From contig JBILHA010000001.1 of NCBI GenBank assembly GCA_044350705.1, positions 49,809 to 113,808 of the forward strand: 64,000 nucleotides of DNA, in the 5' to 3' direction. The position numbers were made by a program, and so were the translations under genes. The notes below the pieces were generated by a model, which saw only the letters and a program-made list of their open reading frames with translations, was not told the DNA's origin and did no database searches. Position 1 is the first letter of the stretch. Each line of letters begins with the position of its first letter. Positions 47,801 through 57,654 of this stretch are shown piece by piece. Source of the DNA: Candidatus Kapaibacterium sp. (GTDB lineage Bacteria; Patescibacteriota; Patescibacteriia; UBA9934).

Positions 47801-48416
47801 AGGTATCTCGGAGCTGTTTGCTGCTTGGGAACGGAAAGAATCTCTCTATCCATCGCAGGATTCCGATCTTTCCGGTCGTTCTTTGGAGGAGCTTGCTTCA
47901 GGGCAGCGTGAACAGGTGTCTTTGCCCCAGAAGGAATCGAATTCCGCGGGAGTCTCAATTCCGGAACCTTTGTTTAGCGATGTTTTTTCTGATGACGTGC
48001 GTGCAGAGGGGAGCGCGGGACTCTCTCAGCTTGAAGCTCCCCTTTCCGAGAACGCTTCTTCCGAGATTGTTCTTTCGCCTGACCGTATCCCTTCCGAAGC
48101 TCTTGTGAGCAAGGGGGATGGGATTACCCAAGTTCTTCTTTCGGGTATTGAGGCGCGTCCCGATCTTCTGCGTGCCGCTGATCAATCCGTACTTCAGGAT
48201 GATTATGCCTCCGCTCTCTTTTTGAAGCGTCTTGCTGCCAAGGAAGGATTGTTGGATTATTGGGTGAACGATCAAGCGATCGGAGAATTAGCGATTGTGC
48301 CTACCTATGATGCTGCTGGTGAGCTTCATATTTCTTTCTTAAACCCTGAAAGTGGGAGTGCTTATTCTCTCGAGGAATTGAAAGAAATGGGGTGGCTTAC
48401 CAAGGCCTCTCATTAA
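44814..48416 (+). CDS. Large (1200 aa) Glu/Arg-rich orphan protein
   Basis: Long ORF with coiled-coil N-half, Pro/Glu linker and Gly/Ala-rich hydrophobic helices in the C-half. Confidence 0.85.
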   Translation: MAKKKKLQREGSTSPEQEIISPEMKFLQEALVRAREAAAFAMRSKDVTGVSSSIRKMYESRRGQLEQDALELAEYMKLGKTLDPSSFRFHYNKFMLYADRVLHDPSLQQLGEDFFGVPTSAEGASQQEQDVDRQEGKRVAREERSSDAQKIRRELDRVQGVVADIHGMERRAQALLEQALQGPFAGDESFIARLREHFSQLTLQRENAGHLYADVEERGRSLSPEERASFLEEVHALSFVEFQQKAGEILRDLQQEIALQRGLLHDRIDVLFQSFSEQKKQKATALMKQVKAAEKQQNDQRLFALFEKLQDLSREEDAKGEEVPENADLLVSAPVEKSAASGGVENVPLFASLRFGKSGMGIPETFFQDPALRARIRAAEEFDAPEQEPEVKQRRERKEIPSEDRQLLEAFLEKDFEETVETYGEAELVAVARVLVRARKKRFIASDALLTRARERFSSLMGGWAPEAALAAYDEYQATLTLRGEEGRASSADSPREDRVGAESSDGEIDSLVFQEDDAAMRVDFALHVQDAEISSEEVEERKKRVTSILQSLSSRTLWKPDLVLSGDEQALAAMDLDAERRNYLRAQLFLNGTEEGLFFQRILAQARNEAAVRERMISLLLEVQGLTPTQRRMVFEQELLPTPVVVEEEQEGSSPEAREEEGSPADQTPKPEEAQQDEAPSSEGRASVSGGSGNVPPPPSEPGPVPPFEEGERGERGKREEKESLFARMRKWTKERAREFEDTDIYRVHIKGEKTLRELRGDAPTLSPKVMLAAGIGSAAMSYFGAAFPVDALRYATQRHFVGKERDEMSRAFHEAFARRRREGEVSDQERVRERQQALRSRVESSRYLTHAQKQDLLDQLFAQEETLAAQVSPRHEYLTREVGRILEHAIRTRVSGEKVVKEGLNTTFMLTGFHMLRAPAYGAVSIYERWNRLTRERPESSAGERLRSTFAGGFQDWWSRAKGESGRMAQAAAFGTAARFVGMSMVGYEALGGSGISELFAAWERKESLYPSQDSDLSGRSLEELASGQREQVSLPQKESNSAGVSIPEPLFSDVFSDDVRAEGSAGLSQLEAPLSENASSEIVLSPDRIPSEALVSKGDGITQVLLSGIEARPDLLRAADQSVLQDDYASALFLKRLAAKEGLLDYWVNDQAIGELAIVPTYDAAGELHISFLNPESGSAYSLEELKEMGWLTKASH

Positions 48417-48425
48417 GTAACCTGT

Positions 48426-48462
48426 AAAAAAACTTCGTCCCTGTTATCGGGACGAAGTTTTT
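48426..48462. terminator. Bidirectional terminator overlapping the topA stop
   Basis: AAAAACTTCGTCCC-tgttatc-GGGACGAAGTTTTT. Confidence 0.8.
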
Positions 48463-50720
48463 CTTTTTCGAAAGGTTTTTTTAGGTGATCCTGCTTTTTT
48501 TACCAGGAGTTCTATTGCCTGTTCGAGGGTAACGCTTGTCGGTTCTATTTTTTTTGGAATCGTTGCATTTATTTTTCCATCTGTTACATAGGGGCCGAAT
48601 TTCCCGTCTTTTACGAGAATTTCTGCTCCTGTTTCTGGATGCTTGCCAAGATTTGCGAGGGGAGTAAGCATCTTTTGTTTTCGTTCCTTTGCTTCGCTCA
48701 TGATGCGGAGAGCCTCTTCTAGGCTTACTGTACGTGGGTCAACGCCTGGAGGAAGGGATGCATTTACTGTTCCTGCTTTGAGATACGGGCCGAAGCGTCC
48801 ATCGTTTGCGATTATTTCTTCTCCTTCCGCGTTCTTTCCTAGTATCCGTGGAAGTACCAGAGCCTGCAGTGCATCTTCTAAGGTTACGGTATCTACCATT
48901 GCTTCTTTGGGAAGGCTTGCACGACGTGGTTTTTCTTTTCCCTCTTCCTCCTCACCAATTTGTACATACGGGCCGAAGCGCCCTGTTTGTACGTAGACCG
49001 GTAGTCCAGAGGCGGGATCTTCTCCGAGAAGGCGCTTCTTGTTTATTGCTTCCCGCGTCAGTTCTTTGGTTTTTTCTTCGATGGCATTATGAAAGGGACT
49101 GTAGAAGCTTGAGAGTACGTTGTGCCATTCCTGTGTTCCTTCCGCAATTTCATCGAGTTTGTTTTCCATGGATGCGGTAAACTCGTAGTTTACGATGTCA
49201 GGAAAATGATCTTTCAGAAGATCTGAGACGATAAATGCGATATCTACTGGCTGTAAGCGGTTATTATCATCACGCATGATATAGCCGCGATCCGTAATGG
49301 TGGCTATGGTAGGCGCATACGTAGAAGGACGTCCAATTCCGTGCTCTTCAAGTGCCTTTACGAGTGTTGCGTCAGAATACCGGGCAGGAGGCTCGGTAGT
49401 ATGTTTTTCCGAGCGTACTTCAGTGGGGGATCCAATCTCCTCCTTTTCTTTGAGATCGGGGAGGATTTTATCATCAGCAGCTTTCCATACCTTCATGTAC
49501 CCAGGGAATACTACAGTCGCTCCTGTGGCGCGGAAGGTCATGTCTTCGGCGGTGAGATCGATTCCTGTACGGCGAATGCGTGCAGGAGGCAGCTGTGAGG
49601 CAAGGGTACGGCGCCAAATGAGGTCATAGAGCTTTTTCATGCCTGGTTCAGCGTCTGATGCCTTGAATGCTTCTCCCGATAGTGAAATGTCTGTTGGGCG
49701 GATTGCCTCGTGGGCTTCTTGAGCACCTTTTTTATTTGTTTTATAGCGTACTGCTCCTTTGGCAAATTCTGTGCCAAAATTTTGCGCGACGTAGGCTTGG
49801 GTCGCCGTGAGGAATTCTTCGCTGAGGTTGGTGGAGTCGGTACGCATGTAGGTAATGCGCCCGGTTTCGTACAGGCGTTGTGCGAGCGTCATGGTTTGTT
49901 TGGCGCTCATGCCAAGGCGGTTGTACGCTTCTTGTTGAAGTGTAGAGGTGGTGAGAGGTACGGGACTCTTTTTCTGTACCTCCTTCTGTTCTACCGATGA
50001 AACGACGAAAGATGCTTTTCGTGCGGCTTCGGCAATGCGGTTTGAGATTTCTTCATTGTTTAGTTCTGTTTTTTCAAGTGATTTTCCACTCAGGGCAGAC
50101 AGCTTTGCTTCAAAAGGACTGCCATCTTTTTGAAAGGTGGCATCAATGGTCCAATAATCCTGGGAAACGAACGCTTGTCGTTCGCGTTCTCTTTCCACGA
50201 TCATGCGTACTGCGACGGACTGTACACGTCCCGCAGAAAGACCTCTGCGAATTTTTTTCCACAGGAGCGGAGAGAGCTCGTAACCCACCAAACGATCAAG
50301 AATGCGACGTGTTTGTTGTGCGTCGACAAGCTTTGTATCTATCGTGCGTGCTTCTTTGAGTGCTCGATCAATGGCTGATTTGGTGATTTCGTGAAAGGTG
50401 ATTCGTTTTGCTTTTTCTGGTTTCATTTTCAGTACTTCTGCAATGTGCCATGCGATTGCTTCCCCTTCTCGGTCTTCGTCAGTTGCAAGATAGATTTCAT
50501 CGGCTTTTTTTGCGGCGTCCTGGAGCGCTTTTACCTTTGCTTTTTTTTCTGCCGGAACTTCATATGTCGGCTCAAAGCCGTTTTTTACATCTACCCCGAG
50601 TTTTCTCGCAGGAAGATCTCGAATATGCCCAAACGAGGAGAGGACTTCATAGCCTTTCCCAAGGAATTTATTAATGGTTTTTGCTTTGGTTGGTGACTCA
50701 ACAATGAGAAGAATGCTCAT
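48444..50720 (-). CDS. topA: Type IA DNA topoisomerase I with Topo_C repeats
   Basis: IVESPTKAKTI, GHIRDL, ATDEDREGE, SAGRVQS, ITYMRTDS, repeated GRFGPY. Confidence 0.97.
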   Translation of the reverse strand: MSILLIVESPTKAKTINKFLGKGYEVLSSFGHIRDLPARKLGVDVKNGFEPTYEVPAEKKAKVKALQDAAKKADEIYLATDEDREGEAIAWHIAEVLKMKPEKAKRITFHEITKSAIDRALKEARTIDTKLVDAQQTRRILDRLVGYELSPLLWKKIRRGLSAGRVQSVAVRMIVERERERQAFVSQDYWTIDATFQKDGSPFEAKLSALSGKSLEKTELNNEEISNRIAEAARKASFVVSSVEQKEVQKKSPVPLTTSTLQQEAYNRLGMSAKQTMTLAQRLYETGRITYMRTDSTNLSEEFLTATQAYVAQNFGTEFAKGAVRYKTNKKGAQEAHEAIRPTDISLSGEAFKASDAEPGMKKLYDLIWRRTLASQLPPARIRRTGIDLTAEDMTFRATGATVVFPGYMKVWKAADDKILPDLKEKEEIGSPTEVRSEKHTTEPPARYSDATLVKALEEHGIGRPSTYAPTIATITDRGYIMRDDNNRLQPVDIAFIVSDLLKDHFPDIVNYEFTASMENKLDEIAEGTQEWHNVLSSFYSPFHNAIEEKTKELTREAINKKRLLGEDPASGLPVYVQTGRFGPYVQIGEEEEGKEKPRRASLPKEAMVDTVTLEDALQALVLPRILGKNAEGEEIIANDGRFGPYLKAGTVNASLPPGVDPRTVSLEEALRIMSEAKERKQKMLTPLANLGKHPETGAEILVKDGKFGPYVTDGKINATIPKKIEPTSVTLEQAIELLVKKAGSPKKTFRKRKTSSR

Positions 50721-51804
50721 ACGGCACAAGGGTGTAGCGCCCGTTTTTTAACGCAAGATATCCTTCAATTTCCCAGATATTGAGAATTCCTGCAACTTCA
50801 GACGCTTTTTCTTGCGCATATTCTACCAGGGAATCAAAAGATCGTGGTTGCTGGAGAAGATTCCAGAGTTTTTGTTGAAGCGGTGAAAGAGGAGGGGGAG
50901 GTGATGGGGGAGTAGGGGTGGAGGGTGTAGGGGGTGGGGTTTGGGGTATGGGTATCTCGAGAAAATCATGAATAGACGTGCAGAGTCCCGCTCCTTCTTT
51001 TATGAGTGCATGACACCCCTCGCTTACGGGGCTCGTAATGGGCCCGGGTATGGCAAACACCTCTCTATTTTCCTTGAGTGCCTGATATCCCGTAATGAGA
51101 GATCCACTTTTTTTCTTTGCTTCCACGATGAGTGTTCGTTCGGCGATTCCTGCGATGAGTCGATTTCTGATGGGGAAGTGATATTTTTGTGGATGAAAAG
51201 CAGGGGGTCTCTCGCTTATGATTCCCCCGTTCCCTTCGAGGATCCTTTTTGCGATTTCTTGTTCTCGAGAGTTGAGCGCAAGGTGGCCTCCTGCAAGAAC
51301 TACCAGGATGTTGCCTCCTGCAGCGTGTGCACCTCGAATGGCATGTTCATCTATGCCGTAGGCGAGTCCTGAAATTACCCCTCTTTGTTGGAGGGCTACT
51401 GCCTTTCCAAACTTCCACGCCTGTTCTTTGCCGTATGCTGATGCTTCACGAGCTCCTACGATTGCGCACCACGTAATTCCTGGACAAATTTTACCCTTTA
51501 AAAAGAGTACGAGGGGAGGATCGTGAATTTCCTTGAGCAGGGGAGGGTATCTTGTGTCATTTCTTGCAATACAAGTCACGCCGTTTTCCTCGATTTCTTT
51601 TTTGTATGTTTCAGGAGCTTGTATGGTTCTCCAGGAGAGAAAACTTTTCCTCCACTGAATATGTTTTGGGAACCACTCCTCTAATGCTTCGGCAGAAGCG
51701 ATGAAAAGATGAGAGCGATCGTGTACTCGATGTGCGACTTCTCGCGCGATGCTTGGCGACCAGTGCGGAGAAAAAGTAAGTGCAATGTCGTGAATGAGAC
51801 TCAT
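50698..51804 (-). CDS. dprA: DNA processing protein DprA
   Basis: YPPLLKEIHDPP, AIVGAR, SGLAYGID, FPIRNRLIAG, SGSLIT. Confidence 0.95.
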   Translation of the reverse strand: MSLIHDIALTFSPHWSPSIAREVAHRVHDRSHLFIASAEALEEWFPKHIQWRKSFLSWRTIQAPETYKKEIEENGVTCIARNDTRYPPLLKEIHDPPLVLFLKGKICPGITWCAIVGAREASAYGKEQAWKFGKAVALQQRGVISGLAYGIDEHAIRGAHAAGGNILVVLAGGHLALNSREQEIAKRILEGNGGIISERPPAFHPQKYHFPIRNRLIAGIAERTLIVEAKKKSGSLITGYQALKENREVFAIPGPITSPVSEGCHALIKEGAGLCTSIHDFLEIPIPQTPPPTPSTPTPPSPPPPLSPLQQKLWNLLQQPRSFDSLVEYAQEKASEVAGILNIWEIEGYLALKNGRYTLVPYEHSSHC

Positions 51805-52379
51805 GCTTCACGGGAGTTTTTGAGGGCATGAATGGTCTGTTGAGGCATCTTACCATGAAGCAGGGAAATGCTTGCTTCGTAGGTTTTTTCCAAAATAAGC
51901 GGAATGTTTTTTTCGTCTGCAGGAGGAAGCTTTTGGAGCACCCAATCTTCGAGGGGGATTTGTGGAGGTTGCGTTCCCACGCCGATACGGATTCTTGTGA
52001 ATTGCTGTGTTCCTATGCTGTTGATAATGGACTTCAGGCCATTATGTCCTCCTGCACTTCCTTCTTTGCGTATGCGGATGGTTCCTACGGGAAGCGTGAC
52101 GTCATCTGAGATCACGATTACGTGGTGAGTCTCAATATGAAAGCGGTGGAGAAGGGCGGCGACTGCTTTCCCGGAGAGGTTCATGTAGGTTTGCGGTTTT
52201 GCGAGGATCACCTTCGTTTGGTCGACGTGTGTTTCCGCGACTTCTGCGGATACTTCGGCTTTTTTTTTCCAGGATGCCTGTAATGTGTGTGCTATCTCAT
52301 CCACGGCGAGAAATCCTATGTTGTGACGAGTTTTGAAGTATTTTGGCTCTGGATTACCTAAGCCAACAATAAGAAACAT
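51801..52379 (-). CDS. pth: Peptidyl-tRNA hydrolase
   Basis: IVGLGNP, TRHNIGF, KPQTYMNLSG, GGHNGLKS. Confidence 0.97.
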   Translation of the reverse strand: MFLIVGLGNPEPKYFKTRHNIGFLAVDEIAHTLQASWKKKAEVSAEVAETHVDQTKVILAKPQTYMNLSGKAVAALLHRFHIETHHVIVISDDVTLPVGTIRIRKEGSAGGHNGLKSIINSIGTQQFTRIRIGVGTQPPQIPLEDWVLQKLPPADEKNIPLILEKTYEASISLLHGKMPQQTIHALKNSREA

Positions 52380-52381
52380 AA

Positions 52382-53755
52382 TTAATATGTGGTGTGTGAT
52401 TTTCTTCCGGTTTCTACGCGAATGCGAATGGGTGTTCCTGTGAAGTCGTAATAATCTCGAAGAAGGTTTTCTAAGAACCGGAGATAGGAATCTGCGAGAG
52501 CGTCTTTTCTTGAGAGGTTTACAAAAAGGGTAAAGGTAGGTGGATTTACTCGAGATTGGAAGAATTTCACCACGCGCGGGTGCTTTACGCCTTTTCCTCG
52601 ACTTGGTTTGTGACGTGCAATGGCGCGAGAAATAAAGCTTTTTGCTTCATCGTCTGAAAGTTGGGTAAAGCGTGTTGCGAAGACGTGATTTACGAGCTCG
52701 TAAATATCTTTTGCGCGCTGTCCGGTGAGTGCGGAGGTAAAAAGAACGGGCGCATGTTTTAACTGCGGAAGAAAACCGCGTACGATTTTTTCGTATTCAT
52801 TCACGCTTGTGGGAGTTTTTTTCGGTATCAGGTCCCATTTGTTTGCAATGATGATCGTAGAAATGCCTTCTTCTGCAAGAAGTCCTGCAAGGTGACGATC
52901 TTGTGCGGTGATGCCTCGGGTAATATCAAGAACGAAAAGCGCAACATCAGATCTTCCAATGGTGTCGAGCGTTTTGTCTACACCCACTTTTTCAAGATGA
53001 GTTCCTGAGCGCATCATGCTTGCATGCTTTCTTACGCCTGCCGTATCGATGAATTGGTAGATATGTCCTTCGTGTTCTACGGTTACATCGTTTGGTTGGC
53101 GGGTTGTGTGGGGCATGTTTGCAGTAATGAAGCGCTTTTCTCCGAGGAGCGCATTGAGAAGCGTTGATTTTCCTACATTAGGCTCTCCAAATACGGCTAC
53201 GCGCATGGGACTGACGGTGGTGATGGGCGCGGGGGGAATGTGAGCTTTGGTAAGTACTTCCGTTGCTTCTTCGAGAGCGTCTCCTACACCTGTTCCTTGT
53301 TTTGCGCTTACAGGGAGAGGAAGAGCGAGCGGCCATGCTTTCCAATGCGGTTCGTTAATTGATGCTCGTAAAGCCGCGGTATCTGCTTTATTTCCAAGAA
53401 CGATAACGGGCTTTTTGAGGATCTTCAGGCGTTGCGCGATACTGAGGTCATCCGGTGACGGAGGCGTTGTGAGATCCACGACGAAAAAGATCGCATCTGC
53501 TTCTTTGATCGCAATCTCTGCCTGTTCGATAATGTTTTTTTCTATTTCGTTGAGACGGTTTGCATCTAGTCCTCCGGTATCAATGAGGCGTATGACGTGT
53601 CCACGCCAAATACAATCTGCCTCAAAACGATCGCGCGTTGTGCCGGGAATGTCAGAAACGAGTGATTTTTGCTCTTCAATCATGCGATTAAAGAGCGAGG
53701 ATTTTCCTACGTTTGCGCGACCAATGAGCGCGATGCGGGGGATATTAGCGGACAT
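52382..53755 (-). CDS. der: Ribosome biogenesis GTPase Der/EngA
   Basis: Two G domains (GRANVGKS/DTGG/NKAD; GEPNVGKS/DTAG/NKWD), C-terminal GTPIRI. Confidence 0.96.
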   Translation of the reverse strand: MSANIPRIALIGRANVGKSSLFNRMIEEQKSLVSDIPGTTRDRFEADCIWRGHVIRLIDTGGLDANRLNEIEKNIIEQAEIAIKEADAIFFVVDLTTPPSPDDLSIAQRLKILKKPVIVLGNKADTAALRASINEPHWKAWPLALPLPVSAKQGTGVGDALEEATEVLTKAHIPPAPITTVSPMRVAVFGEPNVGKSTLLNALLGEKRFITANMPHTTRQPNDVTVEHEGHIYQFIDTAGVRKHASMMRSGTHLEKVGVDKTLDTIGRSDVALFVLDITRGITAQDRHLAGLLAEEGISTIIIANKWDLIPKKTPTSVNEYEKIVRGFLPQLKHAPVLFTSALTGQRAKDIYELVNHVFATRFTQLSDDEAKSFISRAIARHKPSRGKGVKHPRVVKFFQSRVNPPTFTLFVNLSRKDALADSYLRFLENLLRDYYDFTGTPIRIRVETGRKSHTTY

Positions 53756-55349
53756 AGGAAGAAGACATGACAAGAGTTCCTGAATTTTCACCGAGAATGA
53801 CTACGAAATCCGCACTTGTTTCTGTGCGATAACTTTCGATGCTCGTTGCTTCCCATATCGCATCGGGAGCTATTTCTTTCGCGACAAGCGCGCCTGCACT
53901 GGTCATGACGATATCTGCATTTAAGTAATCTTTTAATGCGGCAAGCTCTTTATCTTTTTTTCCTCCGGTAAAATCAAAGATGGTTGTTGTCGTCCAGTTG
54001 GTATTTGTTGCATTTCCTATTGCGGAAATTCCATAGCCAGAGCTTTGGAGAAGTTGTGCCGTTTGTGATGCGAGGCCAACTTGTTTTGTGCCATTTTGTA
54101 TTTCAACCGTCACGCTTGGGAGCGGTGCGCTTTGAGGGGCGGTGCTCAGTGTTGTGCTACTTCCTGATGAGGAGAAGATATTGTCTGCGAGTTGTTTAAA
54201 TTCGCTCCAATCTTCTTTTCGAGGCCAGAGCACGTAGGCATTTCCGAGGTAGCTGTTGTAGACGAGTCCGCTGCTTGCATCAATGACATGTGAAGCGATT
54301 GCATCGGTTTTTACCTTATCGGCATATTTCGCCAGGCTCATCATGTCCCACACGGTCATGTTGGTTGTAACGTTGTTTCGCACGACGTCGACAATATTTT
54401 GGAGTTTTCCAGGATTGAGTAATACGCCTAATGAGAGCGCCTTTTCTTTCCAGGCAAGCAATACTTTTTGCTGTCGGGCTGCGCGTGCAAAATCTGATCC
54501 TTCTCCATTGTTTCCTTTGCGAGAGCGCGCATATTTTAACGCGCTTTCACCATTCATGTGGGTGATCCCTTCGGTAAAAGAGAGTACTTCATATCTACAG
54601 CCGTATCCTGACTGTGTACTCGGGGAAGATGGTTCTTCAGATTCGTCGTTTGATTCTTCCGTTGTCGGTGTTGCGGAGGTGCATACGGCATCTTCCATGC
54701 CGTGAATAGGATATTGATAATCAGTAAATGCCGTTTCTACATATACATCAATTCCTCCAATGGCATCGATGATTTCAGAGAAGCTCGAGAAATCTACTTT
54801 TACCGTGTAGTCGATTGTTTCATCCATGATGGATTCTACGGTTTCCGTAATCGCTTCAATGCCTGATCCTGGAGCATCTTGTTCAGCGTATGCATTCACC
54901 GCATTTATTTTGGTATATCCATGCCCCTGTACAAGAAGCGTGAGATCGCGAGGAATAGATATCATACCGACCTCTCCCGTGGAGGGTTTGAAGCTTCCGA
55001 GAATCATGGTGTCCGTTAGTTCAGCTCCTGCATGTCCTGCGCCTCCAATTCCCAAGAGGAGTACATTAATGCGGTCATCTGCTGCGGCATCGGTTGATCG
55101 ATCATTTGCTCCTACGAGATGTCTGAGCGAGGTGAAAAAGGATCGCCCTCCTTCTATTTCACTGGGAGAAGTATGCGCGATACCATAAGAAAATATTCCA
55201 ACACCAAGCACGCTTATTGCAAGTGCAAAAAGACTCAGGCGAAGTCCGTAACGAGGTTTCTTGTGAGTAGGCTCATGAGAAACTGGCTCGTTTTGAGGAG
55301 AGAATTCTCGCTGTGGTTTGAGGAAATCTACTGATTCGTGCTCGTGCAT
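53745..55349 (-). CDS. LCP (LytR-CpsA-Psr) family protein with LytR_C domain
   Basis: INVLLLG, TDTM, SIPRD, KINA, YARSR, DFARAARQQ, VEIQNGT. Confidence 0.93.
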   Translation of the reverse strand: MHEHESVDFLKPQREFSPQNEPVSHEPTHKKPRYGLRLSLFALAISVLGVGIFSYGIAHTSPSEIEGGRSFFTSLRHLVGANDRSTDAAADDRINVLLLGIGGAGHAGAELTDTMILGSFKPSTGEVGMISIPRDLTLLVQGHGYTKINAVNAYAEQDAPGSGIEAITETVESIMDETIDYTVKVDFSSFSEIIDAIGGIDVYVETAFTDYQYPIHGMEDAVCTSATPTTEESNDESEEPSSPSTQSGYGCRYEVLSFTEGITHMNGESALKYARSRKGNNGEGSDFARAARQQKVLLAWKEKALSLGVLLNPGKLQNIVDVVRNNVTTNMTVWDMMSLAKYADKVKTDAIASHVIDASSGLVYNSYLGNAYVLWPRKEDWSEFKQLADNIFSSSGSSTTLSTAPQSAPLPSVTVEIQNGTKQVGLASQTAQLLQSSGYGISAIGNATNTNWTTTTIFDFTGGKKDKELAALKDYLNADIVMTSAGALVAKEIAPDAIWEATSIESYRTETSADFVVILGENSGTLVMSSSYVR

Positions 55350-55497
55350 ACCGCTATGAAGAAGTATACCTTATCAGAAAGGCGTGAAAATAGGGAGAGA
55401 GTAAGGTGTTGGAGGAGAAAGTGGATAGCGGGAGGGATGGGGAGTGGGGGTGTGTTATTCTGAATAAAATTCTTTTTCCTCCTTAATATAAGGAAAT

Positions 55498-56286
55498 ATG
55501 CCTTCCAATTCTTCCTCGTTTTGGCCACAGTGGGACGATCAACCCGTATTTACGGTTTTACTTGCACTTCTTCTTGCTGCCGGAGTCGTGTGGGCAGGAG
55601 CATCTGCGGGTAAGGCATTTCAAGAAGCGCAGCGTGTGGGGTATGGTGAACAGATGTCGCCCAGTATTTCGGTCAATGCAGAAGGAACTGCGGTAGTAAA
55701 GAATGACATTGGTACGGTTGATATCGGTATTACAAAGACCGCTTCTACTGCCACGGAAGCTCAGACGACCGCAACGGAGGCGATGAATGCTTTAACAAAT
55801 GCTCTTCGTCAATTAGGCATTCCTTCTGAGGATCTTCAAACTTCCTCGTACAATGTTTATCCGCAGTACGATTATAATAATTCTCCTGCGCAGATTGTAG
55901 GATATGAAGCGAGCCAGATGCTTACCGTGAAGGTCCGCAATAGTGAATTGGTGAGCTCGGTACTGGGGAAAGCGGGAGAGATGGGCGCTACCAATATAAG
56001 CAGCCTTCGTTTTGAGGCAGATGACGATACTCAGGCGGTACAAGAGGCCCGTGAAGAAGCGATTGATCGTGCGCGTGAACAGGCACAAGCTACTGCTGAC
56101 GCTATGGGAGCCCGTTTGGGAGAAGTCATCTCCTATTCTGAAAGTCGAGGAGACATGGGCTATCCGTATGCGCACTCTTATGCAGAGGCTGCAATAGATA
56201 GTGCAATGGGTGGTGTAAATCCGAGTGTTCAGATGGGTCAGAGCGAGGTGCAGTTGTACGTTTATCTTACGTACAGCATTGAATAA
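55498..56286 (+). CDS. SIMPL (DUF541) domain protein
   Basis: TM anchor, ISVNAEG, LQTSSYNVYPQYDY, GATNI. Confidence 0.9.
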   Translation: MPSNSSSFWPQWDDQPVFTVLLALLLAAGVVWAGASAGKAFQEAQRVGYGEQMSPSISVNAEGTAVVKNDIGTVDIGITKTASTATEAQTTATEAMNALTNALRQLGIPSEDLQTSSYNVYPQYDYNNSPAQIVGYEASQMLTVKVRNSELVSSVLGKAGEMGATNISSLRFEADDDTQAVQEAREEAIDRAREQAQATADAMGARLGEVISYSESRGDMGYPYAHSYAEAAIDSAMGGVNPSVQMGQSEVQLYVYLTYSIE

Positions 56287-56347
56287 TGATGGATATTCCT
56301 CCGCTTCTGAAAAGAAGCGGAGGATTTTTCGTTTATACTATTCCCAT

Positions 56348-57616
56348 ATGGCAGATCGTATCTCACACATTCATGCTCATGAGATTCTTGATTCCCGGGG
56401 TAATCCTACGGTGCATGTGCAGATTACCTTGAAAAGTGGTCGTACCGGGGTCGCATCGGTTCCTTCTGGAGCTTCAACCGGGTCACATGAAGCGCTTGAG
56501 CTTCGCGATGGAGACAAGAAGCGTTACCGAGGTTTGGGGGTGAGAAAAGCCATTGATCGCATTCATGATCGAATTTTTCCGATCCTTCGAGGAATGGATA
56601 TTGCTGATCAACGAGGTTTGGATGACGCGATGCGGATTTTGGACGGAACGGCAAATAAGCGTTCGCTCGGCGCCAATGCAATTCTTGGCGTTTCTCTTGC
56701 GGCTGCACATGCTGGGGCAAAGAGCGGCGGTTTGCCGCTTTATGAATATTTTCGTGAGACGTTTGGTTTGCGCTATAAAGGCTTTAAGCTTCCTACGCCA
56801 CTCATGAATGTTTTTAATGGAGGTCGCCATGCAGATACGAATCTCGACATGCAGGAATTTATCGTTATCCCTCATGGATTTACTTCTTTTTCTCGAAAAC
56901 TTCAGGCAGGGAGTGAGATTTTTCATGCACTCGGAGAAGTGTTGCGAGAAGACGGTCTTGATACGGATGTAGGAAATGAAGGGGGATATGCTCCTGATGT
57001 AGGAAAGACTGAGAATGCCTTGGAATATTTAGCGGCTGCAGTAAAACGTGCGAAATATAAACTAGGGAAACAGATAGGTTTTGGTATTGATGTTGCTGCA
57101 AGCGAGTTTTATGATGAGCGATCGCAGAAATATATTCTTCATACGGATCGTCGGAAAATGACTGCTCCGCAGATGATTAAACTCTATGAAGCATGGACGG
57201 TGAAGTATCCCATGATTTCTCTTGAAGATGGTCTGGCGGAAGATGATTGGGAACATTGGAAGATGCTTACGCGCCAGCTTGGAGATGATGTACTCCTTAT
57301 TGGTGATGATTTGTTTGTTACCAATGTGGAACGCTTGCAGAAAGGAATAGATGAAGGGGTGGCAAACACTATCCTTATTAAGCCAAATCAGATCGGAACG
57401 CTTACGGAAACGATAGATGCGATTCTTCTTGCTCAGCAGCATGCGTATAAAGTAGTCATTTCTCATCGTTCCGGTGAAACGACAGATACTACTATTTCTG
57501 ATATCGCGGTTGCGGTGAATGCGGAATACATTAAAGCGGGCGCTCCTTCTCGTTCTGAGCGTCTTGCAAAATACAATCGGCTTTTAGAGATTGAGGAAGA
57601 ATTGCATACGAGATAA
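56348..57616 (+). CDS. eno: Enolase
   Basis: EILDSRGNPTV, VPSGASTG, LGANAILGVS, GDDLFVTN, SHRSGET. Confidence 0.98.
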   Translation: MADRISHIHAHEILDSRGNPTVHVQITLKSGRTGVASVPSGASTGSHEALELRDGDKKRYRGLGVRKAIDRIHDRIFPILRGMDIADQRGLDDAMRILDGTANKRSLGANAILGVSLAAAHAGAKSGGLPLYEYFRETFGLRYKGFKLPTPLMNVFNGGRHADTNLDMQEFIVIPHGFTSFSRKLQAGSEIFHALGEVLREDGLDTDVGNEGGYAPDVGKTENALEYLAAAVKRAKYKLGKQIGFGIDVAASEFYDERSQKYILHTDRRKMTAPQMIKLYEAWTVKYPMISLEDGLAEDDWEHWKMLTRQLGDDVLLIGDDLFVTNVERLQKGIDEGVANTILIKPNQIGTLTETIDAILLAQQHAYKVVISHRSGETTDTTISDIAVAVNAEYIKAGAPSRSERLAKYNRLLEIEEELHTR

Positions 57617-57654
57617 AAAACACCCCGTCTTTTCAAAGACGGGGTGTTTTAAAA
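57615..57654. terminator. Bidirectional terminator between eno and lexA
   Basis: AAAACACCCCGTCTTT-tc-AAAGACGGGGTGTTTT. Confidence 0.82.

Noticed and set aside
50890-50950. Long G-rich tract
   Set aside because: Encodes the Pro/Thr linker of DprA on the minus strand
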